Virus record (IMG/VR): IMGVR_UViG_3300015245_000006
Coordinates: 648-64,647 of that record
DNA from: a virus
Taxonomy: Duplodnaviria > Caudoviricetes
Strand: one strand, 5' to 3'
DNA: 64,000 nt
The position numbers and the translations under genes were made by a program. Positions 18,533 through 27,580 of this stretch are shown piece by piece. Positions within the stretch are counted from its first letter, which is position 1; each line of letters starts with the position of its first letter. Under the pieces are notes generated by a model, which saw only the letters and a list, made by a program, of their open reading frames with translations, searched no databases and was not told the DNA's origin.

Positions 18533-19105
18533 ATGAGCCGTAAGATTGCCGACGGTAAGATTGTCGATGTCCGTGTCAGCGTGCCGAGCCGCTATACAGT
18601 GATCGAGGTCTTGGCCTGGGATACGGATCTCAACATTCAGGGCCAATTCCAGTGTCAGATCATCGACCAGCAGCCGGCCGGTGGCCTGGCTCCGATGGAG
18701 GAGCCGTCGATTCCCCGCATCGAGCGGAAGTTCGTCGCCGGCAAGACCTATCGCACCTCCGACGGTACCACAGCGCAGGTGCTCAATGACCATGGGCCGG
18801 GTGTTGCGAGGCCATACCGGATCAGCCTCGGAGGCGAGATCAGTTGGGCGGATAATGGAGGCCGTTATTGGATCGTGGTCGGCGGCATGACGGGAGAAGT
18901 CGTTCGTACGATGCTGCCTGGCGCCCTCGAGGATGAAGGACTTGGCTTTCTTCAGCGCCAGGTCAGCAACTTGATTCCGCAATTGCTTGAGGAGCGCGAC
19001 TTGCGCCGCAAGCTTGCAGCCCGCGTGACGGAACTGGAGCGCTGGCAGCAGGACATCCGCAGCGGCAAGATTGGTGTCGTGCTAGTCGATAGGTCAAAAC
19101 TATAG
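18533..19105 (+). CDS. hypothetical protein
   Basis: AGGA RBS; 190 aa. Confidence 0.65.
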   Translation: MSRKIADGKIVDVRVSVPSRYTVIEVLAWDTDLNIQGQFQCQIIDQQPAGGLAPMEEPSIPRIERKFVAGKTYRTSDGTTAQVLNDHGPGVARPYRISLGGEISWADNGGRYWIVVGGMTGEVVRTMLPGALEDEGLGFLQRQVSNLIPQLLEERDLRRKLAARVTELERWQQDIRSGKIGVVLVDRSKL

Positions 19106-19266
19106 GAGGCATCGCCTCATGAGCGCACAACCGCTCCGCAAACCAAGGACCAAACCCAAGTTCGATCCTGATACCAACCTGCGCTGCACCGTGTGCGGGC
19201 TGCGCTGGCCTGAGACCGAGGAGTGCCGGTCGCCCTCCGACTGTAATCTCGTGAGGGAAACCGACC

Positions 19267-19476
19267 ATGCTTGTGTGGATTCTGACTGATGCTATCGGCG
19301 ACGCCCATGGGCCGTTCGCATCGCTATACCAAGCTGTCAATTATATCGACCTGGTCCACCCCCCAAAACCGCACTCGCTGGTCGAGGTGCAGAACGGCGA
19401 TCCACGTCTTTGTGCTGCGGTGCTCGATGCCTTCTATACTGATCGGGCAGCTCTGATCAAAGCGAGGATGGTCTGA
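19267..19476 (+). CDS. hypothetical protein
   Basis: GAGG RBS. Confidence 0.5.
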   Translation: MLVWILTDAIGDAHGPFASLYQAVNYIDLVHPPKPHSLVEVQNGDPRLCAAVLDAFYTDRAALIKARMV

Positions 19477-19676
19477 TGAAGCGCACCATGCGCCGCCGGA
19501 CGACGGACCAGCAACGGCCGGCTTACTGGCTTGCGGTAGGCTCCCGCTATCGCCGCAGGAAGGAACGCGATGGTGGCTACAAGCGCGTCGCGGATTACCA
19601 GGCTGTGATGGACTACCGCGCCTCGCTGCAACGGCAGTTCGTTCCGGTCAAACCCAGGAAGGTGCGCCGTGGATGA
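19476..19676 (+). CDS. basic hypothetical protein
   Basis: TGATG coupling. Confidence 0.45.
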   Translation: MKRTMRRRTTDQQRPAYWLAVGSRYRRRKERDGGYKRVADYQAVMDYRASLQRQFVPVKPRKVRRG

Positions 19677-19902
19677 CAATCTGCGTTCGAACCCATGGGT
19701 CAATGAGGTTGTCCGTGTGATCACTCGGATCCGCCGCGAGGACCGAATGTTCGGCAGCCTCCTCGCCGGCTGGCCTCTGATCGCGAAACCAGACGGGGTT
19801 TATGCACCGGGCATGCACGGCACCATCGCCATCGAGATGTGTCTGATATCATTGGTGGAACCAACCAATGACAACGTCCCACCCGACGGGATATCCCCGT
19901 AA
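19669..19902 (+). CDS. hypothetical protein
   Basis: overlapping GTG start. Confidence 0.45.
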   Translation: MDDNLRSNPWVNEVVRVITRIRREDRMFGSLLAGWPLIAKPDGVYAPGMHGTIAIEMCLISLVEPTNDNVPPDGISP

Positions 19903-20088
19903 TCCCCGTAATTCACTGACACACAAAAAAGAGTCTAAGACTGTCGTTTAAGTTTAGGCTGTGGATAGTGGTAACTTCGGGGATAACCGAGAAGCTGTGC
20001 ATAACTTCCCGTACCCCTTTCGAATCGTGCGCCAGCGGTGTGGTGTCAGCCACTCTCTGCCAAACCCCGATAGGAGGCTATCCCAGCC
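19903..20088. promoter_or_regulatory. non-coding segment with three DnaA-box-like 9-mers and an AT-rich stretch (candidate origin or DnaA-controlled promoter)
   Basis: TGTGGATAG 19960, CGGGGATAA 19978, TGTGCATAA 19996. Confidence 0.5.
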
Positions 20089-20493
20089 ATGATCCCGCAA
20101 GACCTGCGAATGGACACGCTGTCTGCGCTTTTGAACCATAATCAAAAGCGCTGGCCCGTGACTGAGGCCATGAAGCACATCCTCGATGTGCAGAAGGCCG
20201 TGAAGAACACCGGCAAGAAGGGCACCATCACGATCAAGCTCACGGTCGAGACCGACAAGCAGGAAGAGGGCGTTCTCGCCGTCTCGATGGATGTGACGTC
20301 GACCGCGCCGAAGCCCGATCGCAAGAAGGCGCTGCTGTTCCCGACGGAGGACGGCCTCGGCTTCTCCAAGACCGATCCGAAGCAGCTCGAACTGCTGGCC
20401 CAGGAACAAGCCGAGCGCGATGAGCGTGAAGCGGAGCTGGCCGAGCAGAACATCGCGCGCATCGGCCGCGGCGCCGAGCCCGTGACCGCCTAA
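20089..20493 (+). CDS. YfdP-like phage protein (partner of DUF2303)
   Basis: TGKKGTITIKLTV...FPTEDG..SKTDPKQLEL; AGGAGG RBS. Confidence 0.7.
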   Translation: MIPQDLRMDTLSALLNHNQKRWPVTEAMKHILDVQKAVKNTGKKGTITIKLTVETDKQEEGVLAVSMDVTSTAPKPDRKKALLFPTEDGLGFSKTDPKQLELLAQEQAERDEREAELAEQNIARIGRGAEPVTA

Positions 20494-20619
20494 ACGAAAC
20501 GCCCGGGCGAAATGCCCATTACGCCCGGACCAGGCTGGCAGCCAACCTCAACCCCCTACCCTCGGTGACTGCCAGCCGCCCCTCTCTCTTCCGCAAAATC
20601 AAAACCTTCAGGAGACACC

Positions 20620-21477
20620 ATGTCTGAGACCACCGACGTCACGCAGCTTGTCCAGGCCGCGCTGCACCAGCCGTCATTGCTTGAAACCAAGGACGGCCGC
20701 GTTTTCATCCTGCGCCCGAGCGGCCCCGATGCCTATGCGATCGACAACATCACGCCTACGAACGCGCAACCTGTGCTGATGCCAAAGGTCATCACCCAGC
20801 TTGTTGCGGTCCAGACTGCCGGCTCGCTCAAGACTTATCTCAAGCGCTTCAAGAACGACGATTCAATGATCTTCGCCGACATCGATGCCAACCGCATCGT
20901 CGGCGCCATCGACTATCACCAGATGCCGGTGGCGCCGGAGGAGGCCAAGGTCGCATTGGTGGAGACCTCCGGCGCTCGCCTCGGCGTCCACACCGCGACC
21001 CTGGCGCTGCCGTTCTCCAAGGAATGGGATACCTGGATCAAGGCCAACGAGAAGCTGATGAGCCATGTCGAGTTCGCCAACTTCCTCGAAGAGAACGTGC
21101 TCGATGTCACGATCCCGGACGGTGCCGAGCTCCTCGAAATCTGCCGCGACTTGCAGGTCACCTCGAACAAGCATTTCGAAGCCTCGGTGCGGATGGGCGA
21201 CCGCGTGTCGTTCACGTACAAGAAGGACGAGGACGCGGTCACCACGAGCGAGATGGATCTGCCCATCGAGTTCACGATCCGCATCCCGGTCTACTATGAC
21301 GAGCGGCCGATCATGATCCGCTGCATGACGCGCCGCAAGATCGCCGACGGCGACTTGTTCCTCGGCTACAAGATGCTGCGCGTCGAGCAGACCCGCCAGG
21401 CCGAGTTCCAGCGGATCGCCAGCGAGGTGCAGTTCGACACCAGCCTCACCATGGTCAACGGCCGGCGCGGTCAGTAA
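20620..21477 (+). CDS. DUF2303 (YfdQ-like) protein
   Basis: GAIDYH, SKEWDTW, EFANFLEEN, LPIEFTIRIPVY. Confidence 0.85.
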   Translation: MSETTDVTQLVQAALHQPSLLETKDGRVFILRPSGPDAYAIDNITPTNAQPVLMPKVITQLVAVQTAGSLKTYLKRFKNDDSMIFADIDANRIVGAIDYHQMPVAPEEAKVALVETSGARLGVHTATLALPFSKEWDTWIKANEKLMSHVEFANFLEENVLDVTIPDGAELLEICRDLQVTSNKHFEASVRMGDRVSFTYKKDEDAVTTSEMDLPIEFTIRIPVYYDERPIMIRCMTRRKIADGDLFLGYKMLRVEQTRQAEFQRIASEVQFDTSLTMVNGRRGQ

Positions 21478-21570
21478 GTTCGGCGGAGAGAGCGAACGCG
21501 GCTTGGGTATTGCGTGCCGCGGGGGCTGGTCTTCGGACTGGCCCCGCTTTCGCGAAGGGAGGAAGCCACA

Positions 21571-21810
21571 ATGTCCAAACCAACCGTGTTCACCCGTGAT
21601 CCGACCGACGAAGATATGGAGATAGCCCGAGCGCTCGCCGTTGGATTTGCCACTTCGCTGCCCAAGGGCACCAAAAGCCCCTTTATTCTCGGTGCCACCT
21701 CGCTGTTTGTGAACAGCGTGTTCACTCGATGCGTCAAGACGCAGTACCGGTTGGACGCGTTCGATGATTTCGCAGCGCATATCCGCAAGCAGCTCGAGAA
21801 GGACCTGTGA
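21571..21810 (+). CDS. hypothetical protein
   Basis: GGAGG RBS. Confidence 0.6.
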   Translation: MSKPTVFTRDPTDEDMEIARALAVGFATSLPKGTKSPFILGATSLFVNSVFTRCVKTQYRLDAFDDFAAHIRKQLEKDL

Positions 21811-21980
21811 GGTTGCCGGAGACCGCATACCGCTGGCGCCGAATCAAGCTCACGTTCATCGAGTTTTTGCTTTATCGGCTTTACAAAAAGGTTCCGGCGG
21901 AACAGCAGTGCGATCTGTGCGATGTTTGGCGCGACGTGCTTTTGTTCCGCGACAAGTATTACCCGGAGGAGATGCCGTGA
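21807..21980 (+). CDS. hypothetical protein (57 aa)
   Basis: Read manually; GTGA coupling at both ends. Confidence 0.5.
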   Translation: MRLPETAYRWRRIKLTFIEFLLYRLYKKVPAEQQCDLCDVWRDVLLFRDKYYPEEMP

Positions 21981-22321
21981 TCGTCACCGAGGAAGAGGCC
22001 AAGACCAAGTGGTGTCCGGAGGCACGTGTGTTCAAAAGCGCTGGTGTACCGCTTAGTCGTTCTGCGGCTGTCAACCGTTGGAGTGATGATGCCGAGCAAA
22101 TCAACAAAACAAATTGCCTCGGCTCCGGCTGCATGGCTTGGCGCTGGTTCCGCGAGGCCACGTCGGATGAGTGGGAGAAGGTAGTCCCGCATCCCGACGA
22201 CATGAAGCGGTATTTCCTGGCAGGATACGAAGAGGACCCGAACCATCGCGGTGCGATGCGCAAGAAGATCAGCAACGCGATGCCGGCTTTCGGCTATTGC
22301 GGCAAGGCCGGCAAACCGTGA
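21977..22321 (+). CDS. Cys-motif phage protein
   Basis: TEEEAKTKWCP...CLGSGCMAWRW...GYCGKAGKP. Confidence 0.75.
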   Translation: MIVTEEEAKTKWCPEARVFKSAGVPLSRSAAVNRWSDDAEQINKTNCLGSGCMAWRWFREATSDEWEKVVPHPDDMKRYFLAGYEEDPNHRGAMRKKISNAMPAFGYCGKAGKP

Positions 22322-22458
22322 TCCAGCGCATCTTCATCGGTCTCACGGCCGTCGGCATCATCGGAACCGCCGTCGGCATCGAGTGGTGGGCCGTCGTCTA
22401 CAACGCGCCGGACGCCGTCTGGCTCTATTGCAACATGCTGAATTGGTGCACGCCATGA
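22318..22458 (+). CDS. small membrane protein
   Basis: single TM; GTGA coupling. Confidence 0.5.
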   Translation: MIQRIFIGLTAVGIIGTAVGIEWWAVVYNAPDAVWLYCNMLNWCTP

Positions 22459-22721
22459 CTCTCGACTACATGAAGCAGCAAGAGGAGATGCGCCGCCGGT
22501 TCTTCGAGGACCATTTGCGTAACTTTGTGCGTGAGTGGGCGCCTGAGAATGATCGCGACCGCTACGCGATGCAGACCCAGCTCATGTTGCTGATGCGCGA
22601 CGCGATGCAATCGCAGGGCGCGGTTTACTCGCTCGGTGTCGAAGGCTATGCCGCTCGCGCGCTGGAGGTGCGCTCGCTCTCACCGCTCAATGCCATCTTC
22701 ACACCGGAGGAGAAAAAATGA
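22455..22721 (+). CDS. hypothetical protein
   Basis: MTLDYMKQQEE...; coupled. Confidence 0.6.
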   Translation: MTLDYMKQQEEMRRRFFEDHLRNFVREWAPENDRDRYAMQTQLMLLMRDAMQSQGAVYSLGVEGYAARALEVRSLSPLNAIFTPEEKK

Positions 22722-22969
22722 CCTATACCGATGTGCTTGAAGATGATGACAATGATCCCGGCATCCACATCGGGCAGCTTGGTGCGGCGATTGCTGCGTG
22801 GTCATGGATGCAGGACGGCGAAACGCCGCAGACCGTTGCTGCTGCTGCGGCGACCTTCAACACCACGATCGAGATCGTGCGCCGCGCCGTCGAAGAGCAT
22901 CCATGGACGTTCCTCTGTGGTCCCAGCGACAACCGCGCTGCCCAAACAATTGAGCACGACGGAGAATAA
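22718..22969 (+). CDS. hypothetical protein
   Basis: GGAGG RBS. Confidence 0.65.
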   Translation: MTYTDVLEDDDNDPGIHIGQLGAAIAAWSWMQDGETPQTVAAAAATFNTTIEIVRRAVEEHPWTFLCGPSDNRAAQTIEHDGE

Positions 22970-22972
22970 GCA

Positions 22973-23740
22973 ATGAGCTTGACCTGGTTCAAGATCCCGA
23001 TCGCCGAGTTCCTGAAGGAAACGCGGCGCATGAATCTATGGGCGCGGGGCGCCTACATCACCTTGCTTGCCGATTATTACGAAAACGGGCCGCCGACGAG
23101 CAACGACATCGACAACATCACGGGAGATACCGACGTCAGCATGGATGTGTTTGGCGGTCTGTTCGAGCTCCGCGACGGCCGCTGGCACCATGCGCGCGCC
23201 GATCGAGATATCGCCGAGCGCGTCAAGCTCACCCAGCGCTCGGTCGCTAATGGCTCGAAGGGCGGACGCAAGCCGCGCGGACATGCAATTGTTGAGGAGA
23301 CATCCTCGGCGCTGTTTGCTGAAGTCTCTCAGATGATGAAGCAGCCAGAGCCCCAAGCCGGCGACCTGGATGATTACGACGATGACGGTGACGATCTGAC
23401 CAGCGCGCCCAAGGTCCAGACCAGCACAAGCTACATCGGTAAGCCGCCGCCCGCAGCGCCAGCACCGGAGCCGATCGAGGCCGACGAGGAAGCGGAGGAC
23501 AATTTCACGCCGATCCCGAAGGACTTTACGCTTGATGGCGCCGAGGTCAGTAGATGTCTGGCTGCCGGCGCGACATCGACCGAGCTTGCAGCCTGGTTCG
23601 ACGAGTTCAAGAGCGGACACGATGAGCGCGGCACCCTGTCATCCGATTGGTCTGGTGCCTGGCAGGCGCGCTTCCGCGGCAAGATGCAAACCAAGCCTGT
23701 TAAAGGCCGCGCGCGCGTCGAGGTGAGCCGGCGCGCATGA
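22973..23740 (+). CDS. DUF1376 (YdaU-like) replication-initiator-related protein
   Basis: WFKIPIAEFLKETRRM...RGAYITLL...NGSKGG; C-terminal DWSGAWQ. Confidence 0.75.
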   Translation: MSLTWFKIPIAEFLKETRRMNLWARGAYITLLADYYENGPPTSNDIDNITGDTDVSMDVFGGLFELRDGRWHHARADRDIAERVKLTQRSVANGSKGGRKPRGHAIVEETSSALFAEVSQMMKQPEPQAGDLDDYDDDGDDLTSAPKVQTSTSYIGKPPPAAPAPEPIEADEEAEDNFTPIPKDFTLDGAEVSRCLAAGATSTELAAWFDEFKSGHDERGTLSSDWSGAWQARFRGKMQTKPVKGRARVEVSRRA

Positions 23741-24057
23741 ATCTGTTCGAGGAGAAAACCCGGGCTGCGCGAATCGCCCAAGCGCAGACCGTCATTGCCC
23801 AGGGCAGGAAGTATACCACAACGAGGCCCGGCTCCGATGCAAGCCCACTGATCCGCGACCTTTGCATCGCAGCCAATGACCTGATCAACGAGTTGCAACC
23901 AACCAAGGAGACATTCCGTGACATCCCCGTCCACTCTGATTCGAAAAGCCGCCAGCGCCAAGAGCCCACGCGAGGCCAAGAAACTGCGCGCCCAGGCAGC
24001 CAAGCTCCGGCGCGAGATCCGAGCGTTGAAGACGTCTTCGGGAAAGCCGGCGAATAA
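23737..24057 (+). CDS. hypothetical protein
   Basis: ATGA coupled; 3' end overlaps next gene. Confidence 0.5.
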   Translation: MNLFEEKTRAARIAQAQTVIAQGRKYTTTRPGSDASPLIRDLCIAANDLINELQPTKETFRDIPVHSDSKSRQRQEPTRGQETARPGSQAPARDPSVEDVFGKAGE

Positions 24058-24523
24058 CCGCCCGATCGCGCGGCGCCCGCGCACGCTGCGGCAGATCGCC
24101 ACGAGCCCCGTGACGGAGCGCGTCGTGATGGGGTCCCACGACAATGTCGGCGGATGGGCGGCGCGCGACGTGACGGAGATCATTGAACAGGATCAGATCG
24201 AGCGGCTGCGTAAGCATGCGCGCAACCGCAAGCACAAGGATTCGTTCGACATTGGCGTGCGGTCCGCCGTCATGACTGGCGTCAGCCGGGGTCGGACCGA
24301 GGTTGCCGAACAGACGCGCGAGAAGCTCCGTGCGGTCTATGACGCCAACCGGATCGCGGTGGTGTCCGGCTTCATCTCCGAGATGAACGCGGTTGCCAAA
24401 GCCACCGGAGGCCCGCTGCCGCCGACCACGATCGTCTCCGGCTATACGCTGGCCCGCGTGCTCGAAGCGCTCCGCGAAGCCGGCTATACCGAGAGCGGCA
24501 AGGAAGGCGGGCGCCGTGGCTAA
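23918..24523 (+). CDS. basic hypothetical protein
   Basis: AAGGAG RBS before GTG. Confidence 0.65.
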   Translation: MTSPSTLIRKAASAKSPREAKKLRAQAAKLRREIRALKTSSGKPANNRPIARRPRTLRQIATSPVTERVVMGSHDNVGGWAARDVTEIIEQDQIERLRKHARNRKHKDSFDIGVRSAVMTGVSRGRTEVAEQTREKLRAVYDANRIAVVSGFISEMNAVAKATGGPLPPTTIVSGYTLARVLEALREAGYTESGKEGGRRG

Positions 24524-24920
24524 GAAGGCAAAACGCAACAACATCCGGAAAACGCTCAAGGGCCTTGTGACAGCGGCCAAGCGGGGCGGTCTTGCGGTGA
24601 CGCTTGGCTTGCCGCGCAAGCCAGAGAAGCCGGTCACGCCCGAGGCCGTGCTCCGGCGCGCGATCCAGTACAAGCCGCGCGCCCTTGCGATCATCATGAT
24701 CGGTTTGGACGGCAAGTCGGATCGTATGTGGTGCGCGCGATCAGGCGTTGGTGCGTCACCAATGCTGGAATTGGCCGGCGCTGCCTTTACGCTGACCGAT
24801 GAACTGTCGTGGAACATCAACCGCGACACTCGCGCTCAAATCTTGCCGCGACCTCCCAAGCCGAAGAGAGCGCGGCCAATCAAGAAGAAGCGCACGGCCA
24901 GGCCGAGCCGCCGGAAGTAA
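24516..24920 (+). CDS. basic hypothetical protein
   Basis: GTG start; K/R-rich termini. Confidence 0.6.
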   Translation: MAKKAKRNNIRKTLKGLVTAAKRGGLAVTLGLPRKPEKPVTPEAVLRRAIQYKPRALAIIMIGLDGKSDRMWCARSGVGASPMLELAGAAFTLTDELSWNINRDTRAQILPRPPKPKRARPIKKKRTARPSRRK

Positions 24921-24922
24921 CC

Positions 24923-25546
24923 ATGTCAGTGACAGGGGTAAACGTGAACGAGCAAATGAAGTCGATCAGCGCCGCAAAGCCAAGTCGAGGGTCAGGTCAG
25001 ACCCGCGGCAAGCGGCGCGGCCGGCGAGACGCAGCCAATATCCTGTGGCGCCGCGTCACGGCATCCTACGACGAAGACGTTCGCGCCTTCGCCAAGAACC
25101 CAGCGCTCGCTTCCCCTGTCACCAGGTGGGTTTTGTTCGGCCATCTGACACCAACCCAAGGCATGGCCGGACGCCGCTATGCCGACATCATGCGGAACTT
25201 CAGCCGGTTTCATATGGAAGGACAATCGACCTCGCCGCGCAGCGCCAATCTCGAACCGGTGCGCGGCGTCGAGGATCAGGAGTTGGAGCGGCGGGCCTTC
25301 AACGGCACGCTCGAGGAATACGAGGCCGATGCGCGACACGCGCGCCGGCAATACAATCGTCTGCAAAAGGTGCTCGCCCGCTTCAAGGACAACGTCACGG
25401 GCCGCAACTTCGCCAAGGACTATCTCGACATGCTGTGTTGCGAGGACCGGGAGCCGCCCGCGCAGCACCGCGCCGATATCGCTGGCGTGCTTACCGCGGT
25501 CGCCAAGGAGTTCGGTGTCGGCGAGCGGAAACGGAGGATTCAGTGA
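24923..25546 (+). CDS. hypothetical protein (possible late-transcription regulator)
   Basis: GHLTPTQGMAGRRYA; position at end of middle region; function is inference. Confidence 0.6.
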   Translation: MSVTGVNVNEQMKSISAAKPSRGSGQTRGKRRGRRDAANILWRRVTASYDEDVRAFAKNPALASPVTRWVLFGHLTPTQGMAGRRYADIMRNFSRFHMEGQSTSPRSANLEPVRGVEDQELERRAFNGTLEEYEADARHARRQYNRLQKVLARFKDNVTGRNFAKDYLDMLCCEDREPPAQHRADIAGVLTAVAKEFGVGERKRRIQ

Positions 25547-25737
25547 GCCTGAGAGAAACCGATCCGGTCGCATGGCTTGCGACGTCGACTTTGCTGGCGT
25601 TGCTTGACACTCATCCAGACATCAAGGATGCGGCGACATTCCTGGTAGGAGGTACGGCTACCTGCAAAGTCGAGGTAGTTATTAAGGATCGAAGGATTCT
25701 ACTTTCGATCAACGCAACCGAGGAGAAGTCAAAATGA
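25543..25737 (+). CDS. hypothetical protein
   Basis: GGAGG RBS; GTGA coupling. Confidence 0.55.
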   Translation: MSLRETDPVAWLATSTLLALLDTHPDIKDAATFLVGGTATCKVEVVIKDRRILLSINATEEKSK

Positions 25738-26081
25738 AACTGTGGCGCAAGATCGAAGGCTTTATCGGTTGCAAGTTCCTCGTGGTGCGACGCGACGGTA
25801 CGGTACCAGCATGGCCGCACTTCGTCATGGGCGCGCGCGATCCGGCCGTGCCGCCTGCGCTGCGTGCCTATGCCTACCACGCCAGGCGCCTCGGCAAGGA
25901 CCCGGAATATTGCCAAAGCGTGCTGGATCTGGCGGATGATTTCGATCGTCACCGCAACGAGCACGGCGAAGGCGATCCAGATGTGGGACCGCATCGCAAG
26001 GATGACCCGGAGGTGATCCGAGCCATGCAGGGCGAACCCGCCATCATCAACGCGTTCCCAGACAAGGTGTGGAAGAAATGA
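25734..26081 (+). CDS. conserved phage protein
   Basis: KFLVVRRDG...FVMGARDPAVPPALRAYA. Confidence 0.75.
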   Translation: MKLWRKIEGFIGCKFLVVRRDGTVPAWPHFVMGARDPAVPPALRAYAYHARRLGKDPEYCQSVLDLADDFDRHRNEHGEGDPDVGPHRKDDPEVIRAMQGEPAIINAFPDKVWKK

Positions 26082-26416
26082 CAGGCGGACGAATCATTGG
26101 ATGCCTGGTGCTCGGACGCGTCATCTCGCCCTTTACCAAGATGACGGTGCGCTACCTGGTGCAGGAACTGCACTCGACGAAGGGCTGGAAGCCGCGGTAC
26201 GAAGTCAACGCCAGCCGCTTCCCCTGGTCGCCGGTGCCTGGTGTCTTCTGCTGGACGAACGGCTGCGGGCCGCGCAAGTCGGTCTCGGAGCTTGTCCCGG
26301 TCATCACCGAGAAAAGTCTGATGCGCCACGGCTGGTACCGCCGCAAGCTCCGCAAGGAAGCCGAGGCGCGCGTTGTCGCCAAACTGGCACAGGAGTTCGG
26401 ACATGACGGCCCCTAA
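26078..26416 (+). CDS. hypothetical protein
   Basis: ATGA coupled. Confidence 0.5.
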   Translation: MTGGRIIGCLVLGRVISPFTKMTVRYLVQELHSTKGWKPRYEVNASRFPWSPVPGVFCWTNGCGPRKSVSELVPVITEKSLMRHGWYRRKLRKEAEARVVAKLAQEFGHDGP

Positions 26417-26747
26417 ACAACGGCAGTGGCGCTGCTTCCACTGCGACGCGCTGTTCACCAGCGCCAAGACGGCTGCGGTGCACTTCGGAGCCAGCGAGGT
26501 CAGCAAGGCGGCCTGCAAGCTCAAGGATTATGAGGAGCACCTGGTCGTCTACATCCGCGAACTGGAGGCCCGTCTCGACGGCTATATCGCCGAGGACAGC
26601 CACGTCATGCGTGCGATCTACATGATGGAGGCCGATCACCGCCAAGCGCTCATTCGCGCCGAGGAGCAAGGCTATAACAAGGGCGTGCAGGATGCCCGGA
26701 AGGAGATCGCGCTATGCCAGCAGCGTGCGACAACTGCCGCTTCCTGA
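26403..26747 (+). CDS. zinc-finger hypothetical protein
   Basis: WRCFHCDALF...AAVHFG. Confidence 0.7.
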   Translation: MTAPKQRQWRCFHCDALFTSAKTAAVHFGASEVSKAACKLKDYEEHLVVYIRELEARLDGYIAEDSHVMRAIYMMEADHRQALIRAEEQGYNKGVQDARKEIALCQQRATTAAS

Positions 26748-26917
26748 GGGGCCGCAACACGGCAGCCCAGATCCCTGAGGGTTATTGCCATCGGCTGCCG
26801 CCTGCCATGCTGCCGACCGGTTTTGCTACCCACCGGCCGGTTGCGCTCGTCGGCTGGTGCGGCGAGCACCGCTGGTCGCTCGCCGGCATCGTTCGAGCGC
26901 TCTTCCGCTTAACCTGA
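26714..26917 (+). CDS. small Cys-rich protein
   Basis: CDNCRF...GYCHRLPP...WCGEH. Confidence 0.65.
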   Translation: MPAACDNCRFLRGRNTAAQIPEGYCHRLPPAMLPTGFATHRPVALVGWCGEHRWSLAGIVRALFRLT

Positions 26918-26929
26918 AAGGACTTCACC

Positions 26930-27223
26930 ATGTTCACCTGCGAATGCGCCACCGAGCACGAAAGCCCGTTTGACACCGTGATGATCCACGATAAGCACCG
27001 CGCCGAGGCAATCTCCAAGCTCGGGCCGGATGTCGTCATGACCGGCGCCTCGACCAGCTCTCATCCCAAGCACGATCAGGCCGCCGACCCACACAAAGAC
27101 TACACCTATCGCACGACGACCTATTGGCGGCCGTTCAACGCCGAAGAGAAGCTGGCGAAGGCTGAAGTCGAGAAGGCCGCACAAGAGGCTACTTACCTGC
27201 AAGCGAAGCAAGCCGGAACCTAA
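26930..27223 (+). CDS. hypothetical protein
   Basis: AAGGA RBS. Confidence 0.6.
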   Translation: MFTCECATEHESPFDTVMIHDKHRAEAISKLGPDVVMTGASTSSHPKHDQAADPHKDYTYRTTTYWRPFNAEEKLAKAEVEKAAQEATYLQAKQAGT

Positions 27224-27352
27224 AGTGCCACCTGCGACTACCGCGATCGACCCAAAGCAGGCTTACGCCAGGATATTCATCCTTGGCGTGATCTACAACA
27301 TCCCCATCTGCGGGCCCTGTTGCCACTGGCCGCGCCGGTGACGGAGATCCGC

Positions 27353-27580
27353 ATGGCGCAGCCGCCGAGGATCTATTACGGCACCTGCGACGGCGGCCCG
27401 TTCCGCGGCAAACAAATGGCGCATGCGACCTTGACATTGGCGGTCTACTTCGATCCCGACACCAAAAAGGCCGTGGTCGGCATGCAGGCGCCGTCACAGA
27501 ACCAGCCGCACGTCAAGCGCGGATTGTACCGCTTCAACGAGGAGTTTTCGCGCTGGAGCTGGGAGGAGACGAAGGAGTGA
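27353..27580 (+). CDS. hypothetical protein
   Basis: GTCDGGPFRG; GGAG RBS. Confidence 0.6.
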   Translation: MAQPPRIYYGTCDGGPFRGKQMAHATLTLAVYFDPDTKKAVVGMQAPSQNQPHVKRGLYRFNEEFSRWSWEETKE

